A DNA stretch of 64,000 nucleotides from an uncultured delta proteobacterium (lineage in GTDB: Bacteria > Desulfobacterota > Syntrophorhabdia > Syntrophorhabdales > WCHB1-27), in NCBI GenBank assembly GCA_963835595.1, contig CAWIGL010000002.1, forward strand, positions 2,534,459 through 2,598,458, in the 5' to 3' direction. Below the pieces are notes generated by a model, which did no database searches, had not been told where the DNA came from, and saw only the letters and a list, made by a program, of their open reading frames with translations. Shown here one piece after another: positions 16,847 to 28,000 of the stretch. Position 1 is the first letter of the stretch, and each line of letters opens with the position of its first letter. The position numbers and the translations under genes were made by a program.

Positions 16847-18736
16847 CTACGCCTTGAACCGCATGTCGAGGAGATATTCCGTCTGAAGGGCCTTGCGTTT
16901 GAGGTCGAAGTCCATTTTCTCGAAAAGGCGGAGGGCCGGCTCGTTCTCCTTTGCGATTTTCACGGTGAAGCCGAGCAGTCCGCGCCTGCGGGCGATCCGC
17001 TTGAGATACCAGAGTATCTCGGTGCCGACGCCCAGGTTCCGGCGGCTTTCGCTTACGAGCACCGCGACCTCGGCGGTGTGCCGGTCGTCGCTCATCACGT
17101 ATTTGCCCAGGCCGACAAACGTCTCTCCGCCGTCGCCTTTCAGGAGCGCCAGTATCGCCATCTCACGGGTATAATCGATAAGCCCCGCATCGCCCGGCCC
17201 GGCCGCGGCGTGCAAGAAACTGCGGCAGGCCTCCCCGCCCGTCCCTACCGGCAGGGTGGCCAGGAAGTCCCTGAGCATCGACTCATCGGACGTCTTGACC
17301 GGTCTTAAGAAGACCTCCAGGCCGGTTTTGGTCTTGCGCCTGGCTTCGAGGTGCTCCGGGTAGAGTCCCTTCTTGCCGGGGGCGTAAGCCTGGCTCTCGT
17401 AGACGAGGTTTTGCCGCTTCGCCTCTTCGAGGAGCGCAGGCTGAAAGGCCGGGTGCGCTATGGCGATGAGGGACATGGCCCTTTCCCGGAGGCTCCTCCC
17501 GTGGATGTAGGCTATGCCGTGCTCGGTGATGACGTAGTGTATATCGCCCCGCGTCAGGGTGACGCCCGCCCCTTCTTTCAGGAAAGGCACTATCCTCGAT
17601 ACTGTCCCCTTGCGGGCCGTCGATGGGAGGACCAGGATGCTCTTCCCCTGGGGCGCCATGACCGCGCCCCGCATGAAATCGGCCTGCCCCCCGATGCCGC
17701 TGTAGAACGTCCTGCCGAGGGATTCGGACGTAGCCTGGCCCGTCAGGTCGATCTCGAGGGCGGTATTGATGGCGGTCATGTTGTTTATCCGCGAGATGAC
17801 CGATGGGCTGTTCGTATAGTCTATCGTCTTGAACTCGAAGGTAGGGTTATCGTTTATGTACGCATAGGTCGCTTTCTTGCCCATGCAGAACGCTGCGACG
17901 GTCTTGCCCGTGTCGATGCTCTTCCGCTTGTTGTTGACGACCCCCTTTCGCATCAGGTCCACGATGCCGTCCGGCAGCAGCTCCGTGTGGACCCCGAGGT
18001 CGTGCTTCGTGTTGAGGTACGATATGACCGCCGAAGGTATGCTTCCGTAGCCGACCTGTATCGTATCCCCGTCCTCTACGACGTTGCTCACGTATTTGCC
18101 CATGCGCCTGACGGTTTCGTCGGGAAGGTCCGTCTCGTACTCAAGGAGCGGCTCGTCGTGGGGAAGCAGGAAGTCTACCTGGCCGATATGGACGAAGCTG
18201 TCGCCGTGGACGCGCGGCATGTTCGAGTTGACCTGGGCGATCACGAGCGAGGCGACCTGCACGGCCTCCTTCACTATATCGACGCTGATGCCCAGGCTCA
18301 TGTACCCGTGCTCGTCCGGCGGGGACGTCTGTATGAGGGCGACGTCGATGGGTATCGTGTGGCGTCTGAGCAGGGCGGGCACCTGCGAGAGGAATATGGG
18401 GATATAGTTGGCCTCGCCCTTGTTGACGGCCTCCCGCGTATCCTTGCCGATGAAGAAGGAGCTGCGGCGGAAGTTGCTGCCGAACTTGTTCGAGCTGTAA
18501 GGATCGACGCCGAGCGTCCAGATGTGGAGCGCCTCCGCGTAAGAGAACGTCGTGGGGTGCGACTCGACGTAACGTATCAGCGCCTTCACGAGGTATTGCG
18601 GCTCTCCGCAGGCCGTGCCGATGAAGATCCTGTCGCCCGCCTGGACCTGGCTGAGTATCTGCTCTTCGGCGACAAACTTCTCCGGATAGGTCTTCATCAT
18701 CTTCCGCATAACCGAGCCTTCCTGCCGGCGTTGCAC
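16847..18736 (-). CDS. Acetyl-CoA hydrolase/transferase-family (Cat1/AbfT-like) domain fused to a C-terminal Pat-type GNAT domain (629 aa)
   Basis: First ~470 aa resemble 4-hydroxybutyrate/acetate CoA-transferases; last ~150 aa (IDYTREMAILAL...AEVAVLVSESRRNLGVGTEIL) align with the Pat1/Pat2 GNAT domains (IDYDREMAIVAE...GEFAVVVHDDFHGKGLG). Confidence 0.8.
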   Translation of the reverse strand: MQRRQEGSVMRKMMKTYPEKFVAEEQILSQVQAGDRIFIGTACGEPQYLVKALIRYVESHPTTFSYAEALHIWTLGVDPYSSNKFGSNFRRSSFFIGKDTREAVNKGEANYIPIFLSQVPALLRRHTIPIDVALIQTSPPDEHGYMSLGISVDIVKEAVQVASLVIAQVNSNMPRVHGDSFVHIGQVDFLLPHDEPLLEYETDLPDETVRRMGKYVSNVVEDGDTIQVGYGSIPSAVISYLNTKHDLGVHTELLPDGIVDLMRKGVVNNKRKSIDTGKTVAAFCMGKKATYAYINDNPTFEFKTIDYTNSPSVISRINNMTAINTALEIDLTGQATSESLGRTFYSGIGGQADFMRGAVMAPQGKSILVLPSTARKGTVSRIVPFLKEGAGVTLTRGDIHYVITEHGIAYIHGRSLRERAMSLIAIAHPAFQPALLEEAKRQNLVYESQAYAPGKKGLYPEHLEARRKTKTGLEVFLRPVKTSDESMLRDFLATLPVGTGGEACRSFLHAAAGPGDAGLIDYTREMAILALLKGDGGETFVGLGKYVMSDDRHTAEVAVLVSESRRNLGVGTEILWYLKRIARRRGLLGFTVKIAKENEPALRLFEKMDFDLKRKALQTEYLLDMRFKA

Positions 18737-18771
18737 GAATCCGCCCCTTTCTATCGATATTATGAGAATGT

Positions 18772-21090
18772 ATGCAGTACCTGAAGTCTACCACCATCCT
18801 ACGCACTTTTGTAGCGGTAATTGAGCCGCCTGGGCCGCGGCGAGAGGCTTTTCCGCCTGCCTTTAAGCATATGGCCGTATGGGCGATAAATATGATTGGA
18901 GATGTAATCCCGATGGGAGACGCCAGGTCACTACAGGAGCACACGCCCGATGCGTTAACGGTGCTCTATGCGGCGGTCTCGGCAGGCCGGCAAGTGCCGG
19001 CGCCGGATAATGTCCCGCCCGCCCGGTCCGCGCACGGGAGGTTGGAAGGTCTCTGCCGGATCGCGGTCGAGAGGGGGGGCAGCGTCGTAAAGAAGGGCGA
19101 CGATTCGATGCTCGCCTGCTTTGCCGACCCGGTCGAAGCGGCAAAGGCGGCGATCAGGATGCAGAAGAGCGCGCCCGGTCAGGAGGGCGGCGAGAGTCCT
19201 TTCGCCATACGCATCGCGCTTCATTGCGGCAGGGGGTACTTCGGCGACGGCGCCGTCCACGGCGATCTCGCCGGTTTTGCCGCAAGGGCCGAGAACGTCG
19301 CAAGGGGCGGCTGCATTTACGTCACCGCCGCCGCCTTCGCCGCACTACGGGAGATGAAGGACGTCGGTCTCAACCAGGTGGATATGCCGCAGGGTGTCCT
19401 TACCGGCGGTTTTACCTTCTACGAGCTTGTTTGGAGCGCGGACACGGACTGCTCGCCCGGTGCTGCGCCGGGCGCTCGCCCCGGCACAGCCGGCGACGTC
19501 CGGTTCTTCGCGCACGGCCAGGCCCTGCTGGAAGGAAGGCACGCGCCGTGTTTTTACTGCGGGACGGGGAAGCACCTTACGACGGATTGCCCGTCGAAGC
19601 ACCTGCCGTACGCAACCCACGGGCTGGCAAGGCTCGGCCGTTTATCGATGGCAGAGATGAACGACCTGTTTGCCCGATATCTTGACGCGGCGGGGGAAAA
19701 ACTTCCCGCGCCCGCGGAAGCGGACGAGGGAGACCCCGCCTATCTTGCCCCCTGGGGCTTCTACGAGCTGAAAAAGGTCTTCCAAATCCGTTTCATGAAC
19801 GTTATATGGAGCGCCTCGCCCAAGGACGACTGGTACAGGGTCAGGGAGAGCGGGAGGGAGACATCGGCCAAGGGAGGCGTCCTCTGGATCGCGCGCGACT
19901 GCATCAGGGCCTCCGACCTCAGTGAGGCCGAGAAGCTCCTGACGCGCTACAGCCGGCAGAATTGGAAAGACTACAGGTCCGCGTGCGGCCTGGCCTTCAT
20001 CAGCGTAGAGCGCGGCGAGTACAGGGCCGCGGGCGATCTTTTCCGGGAGGCCCTCAACCAGGCGGCAAGCCCTGTCCAGAAAACCTATATATACCTTCTT
20101 GTCTCGCGCATCTGCGAGCTTCTCGACAAGCGCGACAAGTCGCTGGAGGCGCTTAAAGAGGCGCTGAGGATCGAGCCTTACTGCCTGGAAGCCAGGTTCG
20201 AGGAGGTAATCCGCCATTTTCAGATGGAGCGGCAGACGGAGGGTCTCAACCGGCTCGCCAAGCTGCTTCAGCTTTCGCATGAATTCTATATCCCTGCCCT
20301 CATCTCCCCTGAATTGTCCGAATTCCGCCCGCTCATTCTGCCCGAGCTCGACAAGCTGAGGGCGCAGGTCCGCGACGAGGCGCTGGAGGCCGCGAAGGAG
20401 GCGGACGGAGATGCCGCCGCCCTCGCGCGCTTTTTGGACGCCGCTGACGCGGACGTGGCGGAGATAATGGCCATGCAGGAGCGCCTCCACGGGCTTTTGG
20501 CCAAACCGGAGGTATTCCTCCTGTGCCGTGACGCATTTCACACTGCAAAGAGGATCACGGCGGACTGCGGCGCAGTCGAGCGTGAGCGCAGGGAGGACGC
20601 CGTGAAAGTCTTGAGGGGCTTGAGGGAGCGCGCCGGGGCGCTGCTCCAGGGCGGGGCAATGGCGGCAAGGATGGCGTTGCGCGTCCGTCCCATCATCGAG
20701 CAGCTCAAGCGTATCGAGGAGGACCTGCGCCGGCGCGAGCCTTTTGCCCGCTGCGTGGACCGGTCCGCGCAGGCATCGCTCGATCTCGACGCGGCCGAAG
20801 AGATAGCGAGACGATGGAAGGAGCGGGCCGAGCTTCTGCACGCCTGCGGCACGTTCTGCAAAGACCTCTGTTTCGTCCTGTTCATTACCGCCGTAACTGG
20901 ATTGGTGCTTTTCCCAGGATTCTTATACTGCCTGGATGCGCTCAACGAGGGATGGGCGCTGTCGTCCGTCGAGCTGTGGCCGGCCCAGAAGTCCGTGCTT
21001 ATCGCCGGTACCGTCCTCGCGGTCGTGCTTGCCTTTGGCCACGCCTTAATGGGCAGGCTCAGGACAGAAGGCGGCGCAAGGCCGAAATAG
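18772..21090 (+). CDS. Multidomain signalling-like protein: degenerate class-III nucleotidyl-cyclase-like domain, CCHC zinc knuckle, TPR-like repeats, coiled coil, two C-terminal TM helices (up to 772 aa; start may be at 18871)
   Basis: KGDDSMLACFADPVEAAKAAIRMQKS...IRIALHCGRGYFGDG...AENVARGGCIYVTAAAF (cyclase fold, first metal-binding Asp apparently lost); CFYCGTGKHLTTDC fits CX2CX4HX4C; hydrophobic C-terminus. Confidence 0.6.
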   Translation: MQYLKSTTILRTFVAVIEPPGPRREAFPPAFKHMAVWAINMIGDVIPMGDARSLQEHTPDALTVLYAAVSAGRQVPAPDNVPPARSAHGRLEGLCRIAVERGGSVVKKGDDSMLACFADPVEAAKAAIRMQKSAPGQEGGESPFAIRIALHCGRGYFGDGAVHGDLAGFAARAENVARGGCIYVTAAAFAALREMKDVGLNQVDMPQGVLTGGFTFYELVWSADTDCSPGAAPGARPGTAGDVRFFAHGQALLEGRHAPCFYCGTGKHLTTDCPSKHLPYATHGLARLGRLSMAEMNDLFARYLDAAGEKLPAPAEADEGDPAYLAPWGFYELKKVFQIRFMNVIWSASPKDDWYRVRESGRETSAKGGVLWIARDCIRASDLSEAEKLLTRYSRQNWKDYRSACGLAFISVERGEYRAAGDLFREALNQAASPVQKTYIYLLVSRICELLDKRDKSLEALKEALRIEPYCLEARFEEVIRHFQMERQTEGLNRLAKLLQLSHEFYIPALISPELSEFRPLILPELDKLRAQVRDEALEAAKEADGDAAALARFLDAADADVAEIMAMQERLHGLLAKPEVFLLCRDAFHTAKRITADCGAVERERREDAVKVLRGLRERAGALLQGGAMAARMALRVRPIIEQLKRIEEDLRRREPFARCVDRSAQASLDLDAAEEIARRWKERAELLHACGTFCKDLCFVLFITAVTGLVLFPGFLYCLDALNEGWALSSVELWPAQKSVLIAGTVLAVVLAFGHALMGRLRTEGGARPK

Positions 21091-21092
21091 GG

Positions 21093-21300
21093 CGTGTCGT
21101 CCTGGGCCGCACGGCCCTGGGACCTAAGGCCCAGATCGGCGCCGGGCCTCAAGCGATGTACGGCTACCTGCGCCACCGGAGCTCGGTCCTCAACCTCGCG
21201 GCCCCGAGTATCCTGGCCATGCTTCCCGCGCCGAAGCAGGCTCCGGACCACGCCACCCCTTCAAGGAATAGCCGGCGGAATGACCGGAGCTTGCCCTTCA
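21093..21300 (+). repeat. Roughly 200-bp inverted duplicate of the 3' end of the femAB-like gene at 35545-35755 (about 88% nt identity); non-functional gene fragment
   Basis: Plus-strand 21093-21262 matches the reverse complement of 35585-35755 nearly base-for-base (GRVVLGRTALGPKAQIGAGPQAMYGYLRHRSSVLNLAAPSILAMLPAPKQAPD), and weakly ~40 nt past the stop; starts right after the 21090 stop. Confidence 0.7.
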
Positions 21301-21343
21301 CGACTGGCCTTTGCTCACTGAAAGCCCTACCTGGCGGGCAGAT

Positions 21344-21366
21344 CGCGCGGTCCGCGCTTTTTTTTG
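21344..21366 (+). terminator. Rho-independent terminator GCGCGG-T-CCGCGC followed by T9
   Basis: GC stem then TTTTTTTTT, downstream of the 18772-21090 gene and the duplicated fragment. Confidence 0.5.
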
Positions 21367-21585
21367 TCGATCATGGTATAATGAATACGTTCCGCTGGTG
21401 GCTATCACCAATCAACCCACGTTTAACCGCTTCTGCGTATTCCTGAAAAGCCATCCGAGGCTCGGGGTGCCGTGTCAGTAAACCCCCAACAAAAGAAAGG
21501 CACCGTTAAAGGCTGCGAACGGCCATCTCGCAAATTGGTCGTCGATACGACACCAAACAATGGACGCGGGCAAGGAGTGCCAAAT

Positions 21586-21882
21586 ATGGACAACAGTACA
21601 AGTGCGAAAACCTTCAATGGCCAATTTCCCCCGAGAAGGACATTCTTGCGTGCGAAAGAAAAGCCGCTCCGCACGAAGAATTACCTCGACTTCTTGGTTC
21701 ACTATGATGCGGAGCTTGTGCAGATCGATGGGCCGATAATGGTCGTCAGATGCAAAACCGGCGCCGAATTGCCGTTAGAGCAAAAAGGCAAACTGCAAAT
21801 GGTGAAGGCCCTACTTGATGAATTTGCAACGGTCGATGGGACCAACAAAGCGATAATAGACTACAAATTCTCACACTCTTGA
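21586..21882 (+). CDS. Low-GC hypothetical protein (98 aa) with AAGGAG RBS and an extended -10 (TGGTATAAT at 21377-21385)
   Basis: MDNSTSAKTFNGQFPPRRTFLRAKEKPLRTKNYLDFLVHYDAELVQIDGPIMVVRC...; surrounding DNA is visibly lower GC than the rest. Confidence 0.45.
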   Translation: MDNSTSAKTFNGQFPPRRTFLRAKEKPLRTKNYLDFLVHYDAELVQIDGPIMVVRCKTGAELPLEQKGKLQMVKALLDEFATVDGTNKAIIDYKFSHS

Positions 21883-22001
21883 GTTTTTGCTCAGATCAGA
21901 GTCGACTAGTTTTGACTGAGCACGAGCGAAGGGTACGCATTGGACAGAAGCGATATGGGCAGGGAACTCGATGAATTTATCAAGAACCTGATTCGTGAAG
22001 G

Positions 22002-25000
22002 ATGAACCGGAACCTCTTCCCTTTAAGGGCCATTTTTCACAGAAGCGCGCTCACGAAAAAGGGCGCCGGCGAGGATGCGCCGCTGCGGTCTGACCTTTTC
22101 AGCGCTTCTCAGATGGAACAACACGGCAGGACCCTTGCGGCCCTGCACGCCGTGGGCGAGGATCATGCCCCGGAGAGGTTGTTGGCAAGGCTTGCTGCAA
22201 ACGAAGCCGTCCTTCTTGAAGTCCGCGACATAGTGGCTGAGGCCGTGAAGGCAAGCCGCAGGATTACCCCGGCCGGAGAATGGCTGCTCGACAACTTCTA
22301 TCTTATCGAAGAACAAATCAGGACGGCGAAAAGGCTGCTGCCGAAGGGGTACGCCAAGGGGCTGCCCCGCCTCAAAGACGGCCCGTCCAAGGGTCTTCCC
22401 CGCGTATATGATGTCGCCCTTGAGACGATTTCCCACGGCGATGGCCGGGTGGACCCGGAGGGCCTCGAAAGCTTCGTCGCCGCCTATCAGACGGTTACCA
22501 CGTTGCGGTTGGGCGAGCTATGGGCGATTCCCATCATGCTGCGTCTGGCATTGATCGAGAACCTCAGAAGGGTTGCAACGCGGATCGCCACCGACAGGAT
22601 CGACCGGAACTTCGCCGATTACTGGGCCGATAAAATAACGGAGACGGCAGAAACTGACCCGAAGAGTTTGATCCTGACAGTTGCCGACATGGCCAGGTCA
22701 AACCCGCCGATGGTCAGTTCCTTTGTTGCGGAGTTTACCCGTCGCCTCCAGGGACACGGCGCCCCACTTGCGCTCCCCCTTACCTGGATCGAGCAGCAGC
22801 TTTCCGGGTCGTACCTGACCATAGAACAGATGGTGCAATCGGAAAACCAGCAACAGGCGGCCGACCAGCTTTCCATGAGCAACAGCATCGGAAGCCTGCG
22901 CTTCCTTTCCGCCATGGACTGGCGCGAATTCGTCGAACGGATGAGCACCGTCGAGCGGACCCTGCGGGAGGACCCTGCCGGAGCCTATGGCAAAATGGCT
23001 TTTACCACCCGTGATCGCTACCGTCATGTCGTGGAGGAGATAACAAAGAAGAGCGGACTCGCCGAAGACGAGGTGGCCCGTCTCGCGATCGGTCTCGCCG
23101 GGGAAGCTGCAAACGGAACAAACGGCGATAACCGGGCGAGACACGTGGGTTACTACCTCATCGATGGGGGACTGCCAAAGCTCGAAGCCCGCGTCCGGGT
23201 CAGGTCGTCCGTCACCGACATGATTCGAAACATGGGTCGGAGATTTTCCCTGCCGGTCTATCTTGGCTCGATCCTCTCACTGGTGCTTATTTTCGCCGCA
23301 GGCATGGTCGCAGAGACCGCATCCAGCGGCATACGCGGCTCTCTGTTGTGGATCGTCGGCGTGCTCTCGCTCTTCTCGGTAAGCTCACTCGCGATAGCAC
23401 TGGTCAACCTTTTCACGACGCGTCTTGTCACACCCCATCCTCTGCCGCGAATGGACTTCTCCAAGGGGATTCCTCCCGAATCGTCTACCCTGGTCGTGGT
23501 CCCGACCATGCTGACGAGCCCTGAGAATATCGGCCATCTCGCCGACGCCCTGGAAGTCCGGTTTCTGGCAAACCGGGACGATAACCTCCGCTTTGGCCTG
23601 CTTACCGACTTCCGGGACGCCCCCGAGGAAGAGCCGACCGGGGACGAAGCACTCCTGCTACTGGCCCGGCAAAGCATAGAAGCGTTGAATGACAAATACA
23701 ATGGCCCGGCCGGCGATCTCTTTTTCCTGTTTCACCGCTCCCGTCAATGGAACCGGCAGGAACAAGCCTGGATGGGCTACGAGAGGAAGCGGGGGAAGCT
23801 CGCGGAACTGAATGCGCTTCTGCGCGGAGGAGCAGGCGCCGGATTCTCTCTCGTAGTCGGCAATACCAAAGACCTGTCGAACGTCAGATACGTCATCACC
23901 CTCGACACGGACACGGAGCTTCCGCGCGATTCCGCGCGGCAGCTCGCGGGGGCAATGGCCCATCCCCTCAATCTTCCCCTCTACGATGCGGATAAAGGGC
24001 GCATCGTGGCCGGATACGGCATTCTTCAGCCACGGGTGGCGATAAGCCTGACCGGCACCGACCGGTCGCGCTATGCCCGCATGTGGGGGAGCGATGCCGG
24101 CATCGATCCCTACACCCGTGTGGTCTCCGATGTCTACCAGGACCTCTTCGGCGAAGGCTCGTTCATCGGCAAGGGCATCTACGACGTTGACGCCTTCGAG
24201 CGGGTGCTCAAAGGACGTTTACCCGAGAACCTTATTCTGAGCCATGACCTCATCGAAGGGTGTTACGTGCGCTCGGGACTCATCAGCGACGTGCAGTTGT
24301 TTGAGGAGTACCCGTCACGGTACGGCGCGGACGTAAGCCGCCGCCGCCGCTGGATTCGGGGCGATTGGCAGGTTCTCAGGTGGCTCTTCCCCGGCGTTCC
24401 CGGCCTCAATGCCCGCTTCCGGAAGAACCCGCTCACCCCGTTGTCGCGCTGGAAGATACTCGACAACCTTCGGCGCAGTCTCGTGTCGCCGGCATTGACG
24501 CTTCTCGCGCTGGCCGGTTGGTGTGCGCTGCCGTCCCCCTGGTTCTGGGCTGCATCGATCATTGCTATCGTGCTGATCCCTTCCCTGATTGGCTCCCTCG
24601 TGGAGATCCTGAAAAAGCCTGACGACGTGCTCATGGGCCAACACCTCGCCGGTGCGGTCCGGTCCGCCGGCAGAAGCGTCACCCAGGCGATCTTCGTGCT
24701 CCTCTGCCTGCCTCATGAGGCATTCTTCGGCGGGGCCGCGATTCTGCACACCCTGTGGCAGATGCTGGTTTCAGGCAGGGGTCTTTTGGAATGGAACCCT
24801 TCAGGGGAAGCGGAGCGGGCGAGCCGGACGGATCTTGCCGGGTCCTGGCTGGCCATGTGGATCGCGCCGGTCATCGCCGCTGCGACGGCGGGGTATCTCC
24901 TGCATGCACGGCCTGTCGCACTGACCGCGGCTCTGCCGATCTTAAGCCTGTGGTTTATCTCTCCGGTTATCGCCTGGTGGATCAGTAAGCCCCTCCGTCC

Positions 25001-28000
25001 GAGGAGATCACGGCTGACCGGGGAGCAGGTGATTTTCCTGAGGAAGCTTTCCCGCAAGACCTGGGCTTTTTTCGAGGCTTTCGTCGGTCGTGACGACCAT
25101 TGGCTGCCGCCCGACAATTATCAGGAAGAGCCGCTTGCGGTGGTTGCGCACCGGACATCGCCCACCAACATGGGGCTTGCCCTGCTTGCGAATTTGTCGG
25201 CGTGCGACTTCGGCTACATTTCCGTCGGGCAGCTCATCGACCGCACGGACAAAGCCTTCCGCACGATGGCAGGCCTGGAGCAGCACCGGGGCCACTTTTA
25301 CAATTGGTATGACACGGAGTCCCTGAAACCCTTGCTGCCCATATATGTGTCGTCGGTGGACAGCGGGAACCTGGCCGCAAGCCTTCTCACCTTACGGGCG
25401 GGATTGCTCGCGCTGCCCGACGAGAAACCATTGGGAGCACGGTTCTTTGACGGTCTTGGGGACACGTTGATGGTGCTTTCGGACGCGGTGGGGACGAGCA
25501 GGCCTGCCGCCCTTGCCCGGATGGAGAAGGACCTGGAGTCGGCACGCGCGTCGCGTCCGGATTCAACGCTCATAACCGTGAAAGAGAGCATCGACCGCCT
25601 GGCGGCCTCTGCGACGGAGCTGGTCCGCGATCTCTCGACCCCCCCTGACGGCGACGCCCTATGGTGGGCCCGCACTTTTACGGCGCAGTGTCGGGCCGCC
25701 CTCGATGAGCTTACCTTGTGGCTGCCCTGGACCCGGCTTCCCTCAACTCTAAAGGACTCTCCGGGCTTTTCCAATATCCCGACGCTACGCCAATTGGCCT
25801 GCCTTGACGATATCGCCTCAAGCCTCCGCGCCAGGGAACGCATTGCCGTACTCGCTGACCTTGCCGGTCTTTCCTGGGAATTCGCCCTTCGCATGGAATG
25901 GGACTTTCTCTATGACAGGGCGCGCCATCTGCTCACCATCGGCTACAACGTGAGCAACAGCCGGAGGGATGACAGTTACTATGACCTGCTGGCGTCGGAG
26001 GCCCGGCTTAGCAGCTTCATTGCCATTGCGCTGGGACAACTACCCCAGGAAAGCTGGTTTGCCCTGGGCCGCCTCCTCACCGTAGCCGGTGGAGAGCCGA
26101 TTCTCCTCTCCTGGAGCGGCTCCATGTTCGAATACCTGATGCCGCTCATCGTGATGCCGACCTACGAGCACACGCTTCTCGACCAGACCTGCAAGGCGGC
26201 TGTCGCAAGGCAGATCGACTACGGAAAGAAGCGAGGCGTGCCGTGGGGGATTTCTGAATCGGGCTACTATATGATCGACGGTCATCTCAACTACCAGTAT
26301 TCCGCCTTTGGCGTGCCCGGCCTGGGACTCAAACGTGGACTCGCCGGTGACCTGGTCGTTGCCCCCTATGCCTCGGCATTGGCGCTCATGCTGGCGCCCG
26401 AGGAGGCAGCAAGGAACCTTGAAGCGTTGGCGTCCCGCGGGATTCTCGGCAGGTACGGTTTTTATGACGCCATCGATTACACCCCGACCCACCTGCCCCG
26501 AGGCCGCTCTAGCGCCGTGGTCCGGTCCTTCATGGCCCATCACCAGGGCATGAGCCTGCTCTCCCTTGTCTATCTGCTGCTCGACCGGCCCATGCAAAAA
26601 AGATTCGAGTCGGACCCCGCATTCCAGGCGACCGTGCTGTTGCTTAAGGAGCGGCTGCCAAAGGCCACGGCCTTCTACTCGCACGCCTCTGAGCTTTCCG
26701 AAACGCATACAGCAAGACATTCTGCAGAGGAAAAGCCTGTACGCGTCTACTCGACCCCTCACACACCCACACCGGAGGTACAACTCCTGTCGAACGGCAG
26801 ATATCACGTGATGATCACCAACGCAGGCGGCGGCTACAGTCGTTGGAAAGACATAGCGGTGACCCGCTGGCGTGAAGACACCACCTGTGACAATTGGGGG
26901 ACCTTCTGCTACATCCGGGATGTCGCGAGCGGCGTCTACTGGTCAACGGCTTACCAGCCGGTCAAAAAGGCGTCCAAAGAATATGAGGCGATATTCTCGG
27001 AAGGGCGGGCGGAGTTCCGCCGCCAAGATGAGGGCCTCGACACCCATACGGAGATCGGGGTATCACCCGAGGACGATGCCGAGCTGCGCCGGATCACCAT
27101 TACCAACCATTCGGAGACGGCACGGACAATCGACATCACGAGCTACGCCGAGGTCGTCCTTGCATTACCTGCCGCAGACGCACTGCACCCCGCTTTTAGT
27201 AACCTCTTCGTTCAAACCGAGGTCATCCGGCCACAGAGTGCGATCATAGCAACCCGCCGACCCCGTTCCGTCGACGAGCAACCACCGTGGATGTTTCACG
27301 TGATGGCGGTCCACGGCGCTGACAAGGGTGAGATGTCTTACGAGACCGACCGCATGCGATTTATCGGCCGGGGGAAGACTGTTGCCGCGCCCGCCGCAAT
27401 GAGCAGCCTCTCCCCGCTGTCCGGCAGCGAGGGACCGGTGCTCGATCCCATCGTCGCCGTCCGGTGTCGCATCACCCTCGCATCTGCGGCATCGGCATCG
27501 GTTAACGTAGTCACCGGTGTGGGCGAAACGCGCGATGAATGTATGCGAATGGTCGGAAAATACCAGGACCGCCATCTTGCCGACCGCGTTTTCGAGCTGG
27601 CATGGACCCATAGCCAGGTGCTTCTGCGGCAGATCAATGCGACAGAGGCCGACGTGCAGCTCTATGCGCGGCTCGCGGCCTCCGTCCTCTACGCCAATTC
27701 AGCGCTTCGCGCAGCCCCCGGCCTCCTCCTGAAGAACCTCCGGGGTCAATCGGGCCTCTGGGGCTATTCCATCTCCGGCGATCTCCCTATCGTGCTTCTT
27801 CGGATCGAAGATCAGGCGAACATCGAGCTGGCGCGTCAGCTTATCCAGGCCCACGCGTACTGGCGGCTCAAGGGACTGGCCGTCGACCTGGTGGTCTGGA
27901 ACGAAGACCATGCCGGCTACCGGCAGGCGCTGCACGACCAGATCATGGGGCTCATTGCCGCGGGTGCTGACGCGAACTTACAGGACCGGCCCGGCGGCAT

